64,000 nucleotides of DNA from an uncultured bacterium (GTDB taxonomy: Bacteria > Desulfobacterota > Desulfobaccia > Desulfobaccales > 0-14-0-80-60-11), in NCBI GenBank assembly GCA_937943575.1, contig CALEAV010000014.1, forward strand, positions 51,857 through 115,856. The letters run 5' to 3'. Within the stretch, counting starts at the first letter, position 1. The number at the start of each line of letters is the position of its first letter. The position numbers and the translations under genes were made by a program. The notes below the pieces were generated by a model. The model was given only the letters and a program-made list of their open reading frames with translations. It had not been told where the DNA came from and searched no databases. Of the stretch, positions 1-8,660 are shown in pieces.

Positions 1-199
1 TGCCCCCCCTCCTTTCCCGACCTCGGTCAGGGGCCGCCCCGGGCCATGCCGGGTCTGCGCCCCCTGCCTGGCCTCCATCCCCAAGGATTATAATGCATCG
101 GAGGACATTGAGGAGCCCGAATTTCCGCTGATGCCGGCTGATTAAGGTCCCCGGCTGCCTCGCCGGCCGCCGCAGCCCATCTCCGGCCTTAAGCAAATT

Positions 200-233
200 C
201 TAACAATTTCCTCACGCGGTCCTGACAACCTCC
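200..233 (+). promoter_or_regulatory. Possible Pho-box-like direct repeat upstream of pstS
   Basis: Two similar 12-mers, CTAACAATTTCC (200-211) and CTGACAACCTCC (222-233), are spaced 22 nt apart (two helical turns) about 55 nt upstream of the pstS start. The match to a PhoB-type box is loose. Confidence 0.25.
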
Positions 234-287
234 CGGGATACTGGCATCCAAGCGGAAACGTCACTTTTGCTCATAAAGGAGATCCCC

Positions 288-1325
288 ATGGTTAAAATCC
301 TCGCCTGCCTCTGCGCCACCCTGCTCACGGTGTCTTCGGTGGCGGCCCAGGTGACCATCAACGGCGCCGGCGCCTCCTTCCCCTACCCCCTGTATTCCCA
401 GTGGGCCCACAAGTACAACCAGGTGACGGGCACCAAGATCAACTACCAGTCCATCGGCTCCGGCGGCGGCATTGCCCAGATCAAGGCCAAGACCGTGGAT
501 TTCGGCGGCACCGATGAGCCCCTCACCCCGGAGGACCTGGACAACAGCGGCCTCATCCAGTTCCCCACCGTCATGGGGGGGGTGGTGCCCATCATCAACG
601 TGGAGGGCATCAAGACCCGGGAGCTGAAGCTGGACGGCATCACTCTGGCCCACATCTTCCTGGGATTGGTCAACAAGTGGGATGACCCGGCCATCAAAAA
701 GCTCAACCCCGACCTGAAGCTCCCCTCCCAGGCCATCACCGTGGCCCACCGCACCGACGGCTCCGGCACCACCTTCATCTTCACCAGCTATCTGGCGGCG
801 GTCTCCCCGGAGTGGAAAAACAAGGTGGGGGCCGGCAAGGCGGTGAAATGGCCGGCGGAAAACAGCATCGGCGGCAAGGGCAATGAAGGCGTGGCCGGCC
901 AGGTGAAGGCGGTGAAGGGCGCCATCGGCTACGTGGAGTACGCCTACGCCCTGCAGAACAAGATCCCCTATGCGCAGCTCATGAACCGGGCCGGGAAGTA
1001 TGTGGCCCCCAGCATCGAGACCTTCCAGGCGGCGGCGGCCAATGCCGACTGGACCAAAGCCCCCAAGGGCTTCTCCCTGTCGTTGATCGATCAGCCCGGC
1101 GACAACTCCTGGCCCATCGTCGGCGCCACCTACATCTTGATGCACAAAGAGCAGCCCGACGCTGCCAAGGGCAAGGAGATCCTCAAGTTCTTCGACTGGG
1201 CCTTCAAACAGGGGTCGCAGATGGCCAAAGACCTCCACTATGTGCCCATGCCCGAGAAGGTGGTCAAGATGGTGGAGGACAGCTGGAAGGAGGTAAAATC
1301 CGGCGGCAAACCCTTGTGGCCGTAA
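288..1325 (+). CDS. pstS: Phosphate ABC transporter substrate-binding protein PstS
   Basis: The translation has a signal peptide (MVKILACLCATLLTVSSVAAQ) and PstS-like motifs (GAGASFPYPLY, SIGSGGG, RTDGSGTT). An AAGGAG RBS lies 6 nt before the ATG at 288. pstC and pstA follow. Confidence 0.9.
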   Translation: MVKILACLCATLLTVSSVAAQVTINGAGASFPYPLYSQWAHKYNQVTGTKINYQSIGSGGGIAQIKAKTVDFGGTDEPLTPEDLDNSGLIQFPTVMGGVVPIINVEGIKTRELKLDGITLAHIFLGLVNKWDDPAIKKLNPDLKLPSQAITVAHRTDGSGTTFIFTSYLAAVSPEWKNKVGAGKAVKWPAENSIGGKGNEGVAGQVKAVKGAIGYVEYAYALQNKIPYAQLMNRAGKYVAPSIETFQAAAANADWTKAPKGFSLSLIDQPGDNSWPIVGATYILMHKEQPDAAKGKEILKFFDWAFKQGSQMAKDLHYVPMPEKVVKMVEDSWKEVKSGGKPLWP

Positions 1326-1346
1326 ACGATTCCCGATAAGCATGAA

Positions 1347-1383
1347 GGGGGGAGGGGACGGCTTTCCCGGCCTCTCCCCTTTT
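1347..1383 (+). terminator. GC hairpin plus T-run between pstS and pstC (attenuator or partial terminator)
   Basis: GGGGGGAGGGG (1347-1357) pairs imperfectly with CCTCTCCCC (1371-1379), followed by TTTT. The stem has one mismatch. Confidence 0.4.
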
Positions 1384-1411
1384 AAGCCTCAGGACAAGGG
1401 ATGATGGCCCG

Positions 1412-2404
1412 ATGAAACAGCACGCGCTTTTGGAGAAGGCGGCCCCGGAGGTGGTCCTGGCGCCCGCCGTCCGCCCCACCCCGGCGTTGGCGGCCCTGGG
1501 GGACCGGGCGTTCCGGTGGCTGACGGCGTTGGCGGCGCTGCTGGTGCCGGCCGTCATTCTGGCCATCGGCCTCGATCTCTTTCTCACGTCGTATCCGGCC
1601 CTGGCCAAGTTCGGCCCTGGATTTCTCCTCTCCCAGGAATGGAACCCGGTCACCCAGGAGTTCGGGGCCGCCAGCTCCATCTACGGCACGGTGATGTCCA
1701 CCCTCATCGCCATGGCCCTCGCCCTCCCCCTGAGCCTGGCCATCGCCCTGTTCCTGGTGGAACTGGCGCCCCCCAGGGTGAGCCAGGTGGTGGGCACCAT
1801 GATTGAACTTTTGGCCGCCATCCCCAGCATCATCTACGGCATGTGGGGGCTCTTCGTCTTTGCGCCCCTCATGGCCACCTACGTGCAGCCCTTCTTGAAG
1901 AAATACCTGGGCTTCCTGCCCCTCTTTTCCGGCCCCCCCCTGGGCATCGGCATGCTCACCGCCGGCGTCATTCTGGCCATCATGATCCTGCCGTTCATGA
2001 GCGCCGTCGCCCGGGACGTCTTCGCCCTGGTGCCCAACGTGGTGAAGGAATCGGCCTACGGCCTGGGGGCCACCACCTGGGAGGTCACCTACAAGGTGAC
2101 CATCCCCTACGGTCTGGTGGGCCTTTTGGGGGCCATGTTTCTGGGGCTGGGGCGGGCCTTGGGGGAGACCATGGCGGTGACCTTCGTCATCGGCAATGCC
2201 CACCGCATCTCCTTTTCCCTCTTTGCCCCCGGGAACACCATCGCCTCCACCCTGGCCAATGAATTCAGCGAGGCCACGGAGCCCCTGTATGTCAGCTCCC
2301 TGGTGGCCCTGGGGCTGGTGCTTTACCTGGTCACCTTCCTGGTGCAGGTGGTCTCCCAATGGCTGCTGAGGCGCATGTACCGGTCCTGGAGCGTGGGCTT
2401 ATGA
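1412..2404 (+). CDS. pstC: Phosphate ABC transporter permease PstC
   Basis: Polytopic membrane protein with the ABC permease EAA-like region (SAYGLGATTWEV). It sits between pstS and pstA. Confidence 0.9.
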   Translation: MKQHALLEKAAPEVVLAPAVRPTPALAALGDRAFRWLTALAALLVPAVILAIGLDLFLTSYPALAKFGPGFLLSQEWNPVTQEFGAASSIYGTVMSTLIAMALALPLSLAIALFLVELAPPRVSQVVGTMIELLAAIPSIIYGMWGLFVFAPLMATYVQPFLKKYLGFLPLFSGPPLGIGMLTAGVILAIMILPFMSAVARDVFALVPNVVKESAYGLGATTWEVTYKVTIPYGLVGLLGAMFLGLGRALGETMAVTFVIGNAHRISFSLFAPGNTIASTLANEFSEATEPLYVSSLVALGLVLYLVTFLVQVVSQWLLRRMYRSWSVGL

Positions 2405-3246
2405 GATACCGCCCCCCCACCGGCCGCAAGCTGGTCAACTGGGTGGTGAGTGGCGGCGCCGCCGCCTCTGCCCTGGTGGGCATCGTCTTTCTGGTGTGGA
2501 TCACCTGGGAGGTCCTGTATCGGGGGATCACCGCCCTGAACTGGGACTTCTTCACCCATCTGCCCACCCCTCCCGGGGTGCCGGGCGGGGGCATGGCCAA
2601 CGCCATTGTGGGCACCCTGGTGCTCACCGCCGCCGCCACCGCGGCCTCCGTGCCCCTGGGACTGCTGGCGGGCATCTATCTGGCGGAGTTTGCCGAGGAG
2701 TCCCGCCTGGGGGACTTGAGCCGCTTCTCCGCCAATGTGCTCATGGGCCTGCCCTCCATCATTGTGGGCGTCTTTGCCTATGCCCTGGTGGTCCTGCCCC
2801 TGGGGAATTTCTGCGGCTATGCCGGCGTGGTGGCCCTGGCGGTGATCATGCTCCCCGTGGTCACCCGCACCACCGAGGACATGCTCCGGCTGGTGCCCAA
2901 CACCCTGCGGGAGGCGGCCCTGGCTTTGGGGGCCCCCCGCTGGCGGGTGACCCTGGCGGTGGTCTTCCGGGCCGCCAAATCCGGGCTCATCACCGGCATC
3001 CTGCTGGCCGTGGCCCGGGTGAGCGGCGAGACCGCGCCCTTGCTCTTCACCGCCTTGAACAGCCCCTTCTGGTTCCATTCCCTGGCGGAACCGACCCCCA
3101 ATCTCACGGTGACCATCTTCAACTATGCCATGAGCCCCTACCACGACTGGCAGCAGAAGGCCTGGGGCGCCTCTTTCCTCATCACCTTTGGGGTCTTGTG
3201 GATTACCATCGTGACCCGGGTGATGCTCCGGGAACGCAAAGGATAA
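2401..3246 (+). CDS. pstA: Phosphate ABC transporter permease PstA
   Basis: The ATG at 2401 overlaps the pstC stop (ATGA). The permease carries REAALALGAPRWRV, a PstA-type motif. Confidence 0.9.
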   Translation: MRYRPPTGRKLVNWVVSGGAAASALVGIVFLVWITWEVLYRGITALNWDFFTHLPTPPGVPGGGMANAIVGTLVLTAAATAASVPLGLLAGIYLAEFAEESRLGDLSRFSANVLMGLPSIIVGVFAYALVVLPLGNFCGYAGVVALAVIMLPVVTRTTEDMLRLVPNTLREAALALGAPRWRVTLAVVFRAAKSGLITGILLAVARVSGETAPLLFTALNSPFWFHSLAEPTPNLTVTIFNYAMSPYHDWQQKAWGASFLITFGVLWITIVTRVMLRERKG

Positions 3247-3249
3247 CCT

Positions 3250-4098
3250 ATGGCCACCTCTTCCCCCGGCGTGACGGCGCCGCCGTATTGCGACCGGACG
3301 GCCCCGCCCCCCAAGATCCGGGTGCGGAACCTCAACTTCTTTTACGGCCGCCACCAGGCCCTGTTCAACAATCACCTGGACATCCCCGAGGGCCGGGTGA
3401 CCGCCATCATCGGCCCCTCCGGCTGCGGCAAATCCACCCACCTCCGCACCTACAACCGCATCTATGAGCTTTATCCCGACCAGCGGGCCGACGGGGAGAT
3501 CTGGCTGGACGGCCACAATCTCCTCAGCCCCGGCACGGACGTCATGCAGCTGCGCCAGAGGTTGGGCATGGTCTTCCAGCGGCCGGTGCCCTTCCCCCTG
3601 AGCATCTTCGACAACGTGGCCTTTGGCCTGCGGGGGCAGCGCCTCCCCCGGGAGGAGGTGGCCGACCGGGTGGAGGGGGCCCTCCGAAAAGCGGCCTTGT
3701 GGGAGGAGGTCAAGGAGGTGCTGCACCGGCCGGGCACCTGCCTTTCCGGCGGCCAGCAGCAGCGCCTCTGCATCGCCCGGGCCGTGGTCATGGAGCCGGA
3801 GATGCTCCTCATGGATGAGCCCTGCAGCGCCATCGATCCGGTGGCCACCGCCAAAATTGAGGAGTTGATTCTCGACCTGAAAGGGAAATATACTATCATT
3901 ATCGTTACCCATAACATGCAGCAGGCGGCCCGGATCTCGGACGTCACCGCCTATTTTTACCAGGGCCGGATCCTCACGGTCGGGCCCACCGTGGAGATCT
4001 TTCGGGAGTTTTCCCTCCTGGAGGATGTCCCCAGCCAGGAAAGGCTGGAGGCACTCCTCGCCCGGGCCCAGGAAACCCAGGCGCTGCTGGTGTCCTGA
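3250..4098 (+). CDS. pstB: Phosphate ABC transporter ATP-binding protein, paralog 1 with a divergent C-terminus
   Basis: Walker [10 protein letters not shown], signature LSGGQQQRL, Walker B LLMDEP and H-loop VTHNMQQA are all present. The C-terminal tail ([32 protein letters not shown]) replaces the canonical PstB end. Confidence 0.85.
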   Translation: MATSSPGVTAPPYCDRTAPPPKIRVRNLNFFYGRHQALFNNHLDIPEGRVTAIIGPSGCGKSTHLRTYNRIYELYPDQRADGEIWLDGHNLLSPGTDVMQLRQRLGMVFQRPVPFPLSIFDNVAFGLRGQRLPREEVADRVEGALRKAALWEEVKEVLHRPGTCLSGGQQQRLCIARAVVMEPEMLLMDEPCSAIDPVATAKIEELILDLKGKYTIIIVTHNMQQAARISDVTAYFYQGRILTVGPTVEIFREFSLLEDVPSQERLEALLARAQETQALLVS

Positions 4099-4127
4099 GC
4101 CTGCCTGTGCCTCTCCCGGGGCGTGCG

Positions 4128-4967
4128 ATGGAAATGGCCCATAAACTTCCGGTCGGGCCGGCGACGGAGGAGGAACTGCCCGCCTCCGCCCGGCTGCTGG
4201 CCTCCTTCGGCCTGACGAGCAAGGTGGCCACCCGGCACCTGGATTTTTACTACGGCGACACCCAGGCCCTCTTCGACAACAACCTGGACATCGCCCTGAA
4301 CCGGGTCACCGCCATCATCGGGCCCTCCGGGTGCGGCAAGTCCACCCACCTCCGGGTCTACAACCGCATCTACGAACTTTATCGGGACCAGCGGGCCGAG
4401 GGGCAGGTCCTCCTGGACGGGGTCAATGTCCTGGACCCGGGCTTCGACCTCATGGAGTTGCGGCGCCGGGTGGGCATGATCTTCCAGAAACCCACCCCCT
4501 TCCCCATGAGCGTCTTCGACAACGTGGCCTACGGCCTCAAGATGCACTACCGCCTGAGCAAAAGCGAGATCGCCGACCGGGTGGAGACCGCCCTGAAAAA
4601 AGCGGCCCTGTGGGATGAGGTGAAGGATTTTCTCAAAAAGCCGGGCACCTCGCTCTCCGGCGGCCAGCAGCAGCGGCTGTGCATCGCCCGCAGCATCGTG
4701 GTGGAGCCCGAGGTGCTCCTGATGGATGAGCCCTGCAGTGCCATCGACCCCATCGGCACCGCCAAGATCGAGGAGCTCATCAATGAACTGAAGGCCAACT
4801 ACACCATCGTCATCGTCACCCACAACATGCAGCAGGCGGCCCGGGTGTCCGACTTCACCGCCTTCTTCTTTCAGGGCCGCATCATCGAGTTCGACACCAC
4901 CCAGAAGATCTTCACCAACCCGGCCAACAAGCAGACGGAGGCCTACATCACCGGCCGCTTCGGCTGA
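4128..4967 (+). CDS. pstB: Phosphate ABC transporter ATP-binding protein PstB, canonical paralog 2
   Basis: It has the same motifs as paralog 1 plus the canonical end [10 protein letters not shown]. The start is uncertain: GTG at 4107, or ATG at 4128 or 4134. Confidence 0.9.
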   Translation: MEMAHKLPVGPATEEELPASARLLASFGLTSKVATRHLDFYYGDTQALFDNNLDIALNRVTAIIGPSGCGKSTHLRVYNRIYELYRDQRAEGQVLLDGVNVLDPGFDLMELRRRVGMIFQKPTPFPMSVFDNVAYGLKMHYRLSKSEIADRVETALKKAALWDEVKDFLKKPGTSLSGGQQQRLCIARSIVVEPEVLLMDEPCSAIDPIGTAKIEELINELKANYTIVIVTHNMQQAARVSDFTAFFFQGRIIEFDTTQKIFTNPANKQTEAYITGRFG

Positions 4968-5155
4968 GGCCGAGCCCCCCGCCGAATGAGACCGGTGCAG
5001 GGCGCCGTGGGAAAGGTGGGGCCGCCCGCCCCGGCCCCTTTCCCGGACCCTCTTCCCCACCTCCATCAACAACACGGCCTGAGGGGCGGACGCTCCTCCG
5101 GCCGCCTTGCGCCCCAGGGAAAATCCCTTCCCCTTGCCGCCCATCACTCCTGCGA

Positions 5156-5183
5156 AAAAAAACCTCCCGCGGCGGCGGGAGGC
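5156..5183 (-). terminator. Rho-independent terminator of the uspA-family gene
   Basis: On the minus strand, CCTCCCGC-CGCC-GCGGGAGG forms a perfect 8-bp stem followed by eight T residues. It lies about 30 nt after the stop at 5216. Confidence 0.75.
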
Positions 5184-5215
5184 CATCAGGGAGAGAGGAA
5201 CTGCGCCGGAAACAC

Positions 5216-5659
5216 TTACTGGGGATAAATGGTGAGCACCGGGATCTTGGAGTTGCGCACCACCTTGTCGCAGACGCTGCCGAAGATGGCCCGCTCCAGG
5301 CCCTTGCGGCCGTGGGTGCCCATGACGATGAGGTCCACCCCCTCCTTCTGGGCCACTTCCAGGATCTTGTCCGCCGGTGCACCCTGCACCACCATGGTCT
5401 CCACCTTGGGAAAATCCTTGAAGAGGTCCTGGCGGATCTCGGCCATCTTCTGCTGGGCCGCCTTCAAAGCTTCCTCCTGCATGCTCTTGATGTTGGGATG
5501 GGGCATATAAAAAGAGGTGAAGCTGGCCAGATCCTGGGTCACAAACAGGACCAGCAGGGTGGCGTCAAACTTTTTCACCAGGGTGGTGACCCAGGGGAGC
5601 AGCGGGTCGATTTTCTCGGTTAAATCAATGGGAAAGAGAATCTTGTTCACCTGCTTCAT
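5216..5659 (-). CDS. Universal stress protein (UspA family)
   Basis: 147 aa with the Usp fold signature: KILFPIDLT at the N-terminus and DLIVMGTHGRKGLERAIFGSV (the G-x2-G-x9-G-S/T motif) near the C-terminus. Confidence 0.85.
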   Translation of the reverse strand: MKQVNKILFPIDLTEKIDPLLPWVTTLVKKFDATLLVLFVTQDLASFTSFYMPHPNIKSMQEEALKAAQQKMAEIRQDLFKDFPKVETMVVQGAPADKILEVAQKEGVDLIVMGTHGRKGLERAIFGSVCDKVVRNSKIPVLTIYPQ

Positions 5660-5694
5660 CGAGACAGCCTCCCTTCGGCCCGGGTGGAGGAATT

Positions 5695-6258
5695 GTGAAA
5701 ATCGTCATTTACTCCTACCACCCCCCACACCCCTTGTCAAGTCAAAAACCCCCCGCAGGCAGTCGGGATGCGGCCTGGGAGCGGCGGAAAAAATCCTTGC
5801 CAAAAAAAGATTTCGTTAATATATTTCGTCCGGAATCCGATGCCACGCAGGAGGACACGGTCATAGGCGAGATCCGTTACAGCCGGGATCATGTGTGGGT
5901 CCGCTCCGATGACGACATCCGGGTGACCCTGGGGATCACGGACTATCTCCAGGAAAAGCTGGGGGAGATCTACTCCATCAAGCTTCCGGAGGAAGGCGAG
6001 GAGATCATCAAGGAAGAGGCCTTCAGCACCGTGGACGCCAAATTCGGCCGCCGGGAGCTCATCGCCCCCATCTCCGGTGAAGTCATCGAGGTCAACTACG
6101 AGGCCGTGGAGGTCCCCGAAATCATCAATGAGGACCCCTTGGCGGAGGGCTGGCTCCTCAAGGTGGAGATGCCCTCTGGCGCAGAGTTTGATGAGCTCCT
6201 CACGGAGGAGGAATACGAAGAGTACCTGAGCGAAGAGGCCGAAAGCGAGGAGGAGTGA
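5695..6258 (+). CDS. Glycine-cleavage H-like (lipoyl/biotinyl-domain) protein with an acidic C-terminal tail
   Basis: The core DHVWV...GITDYLQEKLGEI...STVDAKFGRRELIAPISGEVIEVN...EGWLLKVEM resembles GcvH. The start is uncertain: GTG at 5695 has a GGAGG RBS, but a good sigma70-like promoter (TTGCCA-N17-TATATT, about 5796-5824) lies inside this ORF. Confidence 0.65.
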   Translation: MKIVIYSYHPPHPLSSQKPPAGSRDAAWERRKKSLPKKDFVNIFRPESDATQEDTVIGEIRYSRDHVWVRSDDDIRVTLGITDYLQEKLGEIYSIKLPEEGEEIIKEEAFSTVDAKFGRRELIAPISGEVIEVNYEAVEVPEIINEDPLAEGWLLKVEMPSGAEFDELLTEEEYEEYLSEEAESEEE

Positions 6259-6287
6259 CCTCCCCGGCCAGGCGCCGGTCCTGAGCT

Positions 6288-6312
6288 GGGGCCGCAGCGG
6301 CCCCGGCTTTTT
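6288..6312 (+). terminator. Rho-independent terminator after the gcvH-like gene
   Basis: GGGGCCG-CAG-CGGCCCC forms a 7-bp stem followed by GGCTTTTTCATTTT. Confidence 0.7.
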
Positions 6313-6349
6313 CATTTTGGGCTTGCCGCTCCGTATGCTATAAATAATT

Positions 6350-7726
6350 GTGTCCAGAAAATCAGCGCCCCGATCCCTTTCCAGCCGGCTCTGGGACTCC
6401 CTCACCTCCATCCGCCTCACCGTCACCCTGCTCCTGGTTCTGGCGGTGGTGGCCACCGTGGGGACCGTCATCCCCCAAAACGAGCCGGTGGCCCGTTATC
6501 TCGCCAGCTTCGGCCCCCGCTGGGGGCCGCTGCTCGTCCGTTTCGGCCTGCACCGCATCTATGACGGCCCCTGGCTGCTGGTGCCGGTGGGCCTCCTCAG
6601 CCTCAATCTGCTGGCCTGCGTCATCCGGGGGCTGCCGGAGGCTGTCCGCCGGGTGGCCCGCCCCTTCACCGCCGAGGCCGCCTTAAACCTGCCCCTGCGG
6701 GGCCGGTTCACCCTCCCGGCCAAAGTGAACCCCCACGAGGCGGTCCTGCCCCTGTTGCGCCAGGAACTGGGACGCCTGAGGAGGCACAACTCCCCGGAGC
6801 GCCTCGTCTATTTCTGGGAGAGCGGCCGCTTCCGGCCCCTGGGGCCTTATCTCATCCACCTCTCCCTCTTCCTTATCCTTTTCGGCGCCCTGGTGGGCAA
6901 ATTCTGGGGGGTGGAAGGCCGGCTGGCGGTCCTCACCGGGGAGACGGCCACCGAATTCACCCTCAGCAAAGGGGAGGGCAGCGCACCGCTGGGCTTCGCC
7001 CTCAGGCTGGACAACTTCACGGTGGACTATTATGGCGGCACCGGCACCCCCCGGGAATTCCGCTCCGACCTCACCATCCTCCAGGACGGCAAGGAGGTGG
7101 GGCAGACCGCCTGCCGGGTAAACCATCCCGTGACCTTCGGCGGGCTCACCTTCTACCAGTCCAGTTACGGTTCGCAGTTGGCCGGGCCGGTGCGTCTCAA
7201 GGTCTGCAAGGGCCAGGACTGCCATCCCCTGACGCTGGGCCAGCGCCGGGGCGAAAACCTCCCCGACGGCCAGGGCCAGGTGATGCTGGTCCGGGTGGAT
7301 GCCAACTACCAGGGGCTGGGGCCGGCGGTGCTTTTGGCCTACCGGGCGGCCGGCGAGAGCGGCCAGCCTCAGATCTTCTGGATCTCCGCCCGCCATCCGG
7401 AGCTGGCCCGCCAGCCCCGGACCCCCTTCCATCAGGCCGGTCCCCACCACTTCACGGTGGAGGACCTGCCCCTGAAGTTTTACTCCGTCTTCCAGGTGCG
7501 GCGGGATCCCGGCGTCTGGTGGGTCTATGGGGGCTTTCTCCTCTGCCTGCCCGGCTTTCTCCTGGCTTTCTTAAGGCCCACCCAGCGGCTGGCCGTGGTT
7601 CTGGAGCAGAGCCCCAAAGGCCACTGGCAGGGGCGCCTTTTGGGGGCCAGCCCCCGGGCCCGGGAGGCCTTTCAGGAGCGGGTGGACCGCCTGCTCATGC
7701 AGCTGAAAAAAGGAACTTGTCCATGA
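6350..7726 (+). CDS. ccsB: Cytochrome c biogenesis protein CcsB/ResB (system II)
   Basis: ResB-like N-terminus (LWDSLTSIRLTVTLLLVLAVVATVGTVIPQ), a large soluble loop and C-terminal TM segments. It is directly followed by, and overlaps, ccsA. Confidence 0.85.
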   Translation: MSRKSAPRSLSSRLWDSLTSIRLTVTLLLVLAVVATVGTVIPQNEPVARYLASFGPRWGPLLVRFGLHRIYDGPWLLVPVGLLSLNLLACVIRGLPEAVRRVARPFTAEAALNLPLRGRFTLPAKVNPHEAVLPLLRQELGRLRRHNSPERLVYFWESGRFRPLGPYLIHLSLFLILFGALVGKFWGVEGRLAVLTGETATEFTLSKGEGSAPLGFALRLDNFTVDYYGGTGTPREFRSDLTILQDGKEVGQTACRVNHPVTFGGLTFYQSSYGSQLAGPVRLKVCKGQDCHPLTLGQRRGENLPDGQGQVMLVRVDANYQGLGPAVLLAYRAAGESGQPQIFWISARHPELARQPRTPFHQAGPHHFTVEDLPLKFYSVFQVRRDPGVWWVYGGFLLCLPGFLLAFLRPTQRLAVVLEQSPKGHWQGRLLGASPRAREAFQERVDRLLMQLKKGTCP

Positions 7727-8583
7727 TCAGCCAGGTCCTGGGTCTGGTCACCCTGATCTATCTCGCCGCCGCCGGCCTCTTTCTGGCGGCCGCCCTCTGG
7801 TCCAGCCGCCGCCTGGAGGCCTGGGGCCGCGGCGTGCTCCTCGCCGGGCTGGCGGCTCACCTGGGGGCCTTTTTCGGGCGCTGGGTGGAATCTTACCGTC
7901 ACGCCAGTCAGTACACCCCGCCGGAGGGGGCAGGGGCGGTCCTCAACCTGGTGATTCACCAGGTCCCTTTATCCAACTTCTTTGAATCCCTGGTCTTCTT
8001 CTCCCTGAGCGTCAGCTTTCTCGGATTGGTCTCTTTCCGGCGCCACCTCAAGGGCGCCCTGGGTTTGGTGGTGGCGCTGCTGGCCTGCCTGATCCTGGCC
8101 TACGCCTCCCTGGCGGTGGACAGCAGCATCCGGCCCCTCATGCCGGCCCTGAAGAGCAACTGGCTCCTCATCCACGTGCTCACCTGCTTCATCGGCTATG
8201 CCGGCTTTGCTTTGGCCTTTGGCGCCGCCCTCCTCTACCTCTGGCAGACCCGGCGCAGTAAAGCCAACCCCGTGGCCCCGCCCCAGGAGCTGGACCGCCT
8301 CATGTACCGGGCCGTGGCCCTGGGGTTTTTGTTCCTCTCCGTGGGCATCCTCACCGGCGCGGTGTGGGCCGACTCCGCCTGGGGCCGCTACTGGAGCTGG
8401 GACCCCAAGGAGACCTGGTCCCTCATCACCTGGTTCATCTACGCCGGCCTGCTCCATGCCCGGCTGGTGAAGGGCTGGCAGGGCCGCCGCATCGCCTGGC
8501 TGGCCATCCTGGGTTTCGCCGCGGTGCTCTTCACCTACTTCGGGGTGAGCTTCCTCCTGCCGGGCCTGCACTCCTACCTCTGA
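7723..8583 (+). CDS. ccsA: Cytochrome c biogenesis protein CcsA/ResC (heme handling, WWD domain)
   Basis: The ATG at 7723 overlaps the ccsB stop. The polytopic protein carries the WWD-type motif WGRYWSWDPKETWSLITW. Confidence 0.9.
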   Translation: MISQVLGLVTLIYLAAAGLFLAAALWSSRRLEAWGRGVLLAGLAAHLGAFFGRWVESYRHASQYTPPEGAGAVLNLVIHQVPLSNFFESLVFFSLSVSFLGLVSFRRHLKGALGLVVALLACLILAYASLAVDSSIRPLMPALKSNWLLIHVLTCFIGYAGFALAFGAALLYLWQTRRSKANPVAPPQELDRLMYRAVALGFLFLSVGILTGAVWADSAWGRYWSWDPKETWSLITWFIYAGLLHARLVKGWQGRRIAWLAILGFAAVLFTYFGVSFLLPGLHSYL

Positions 8584-8600
8584 GCTGAGAGGTCAAAGAA

Positions 8601-8644
8601 GGGGGCGGCCTGCCGGCCTGGCCCCGGGCATGACGGCCGCCCCC
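8601..8644. terminator. Perfect 10-bp GC hairpin between convergent ccsA and the heme-domain gene
   Basis: GGGGGCGGCC (8601-8610) pairs with GGCCGCCCCC (8635-8644) around a 24-nt loop. A T-rich tract follows only when read on the minus strand (TTCTTTGACC). Confidence 0.45.
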
Positions 8645-8660
8645 TCACTCTCACTCCGTT

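Noticed and set aside
261-1343. Long antisense or alternative-frame ORFs throughout the window
   Set aside because: Examples include 261-1343 (minus), 2323-3912 (minus), 8700-10433 (plus), 14571-16850 (plus), 17264-18235 (plus), 52376-53923 (minus), 54196-55413 (plus) and 61872-63392 (plus).

All are Gly/Arg/Pro/His-rich low-complexity translations lying opposite or out of frame to genes with clear family motifs. They are typical shadow ORFs of high-GC DNA.
6322-6352. Leaderless ccsB mRNA (TATAAATA box about 7 nt before the GTG start)
   Set aside because: Only a -10-like AT patch is visible. The -35 spacing does not fit, and the GTG start itself is not certain. This is too speculative to report as a feature.
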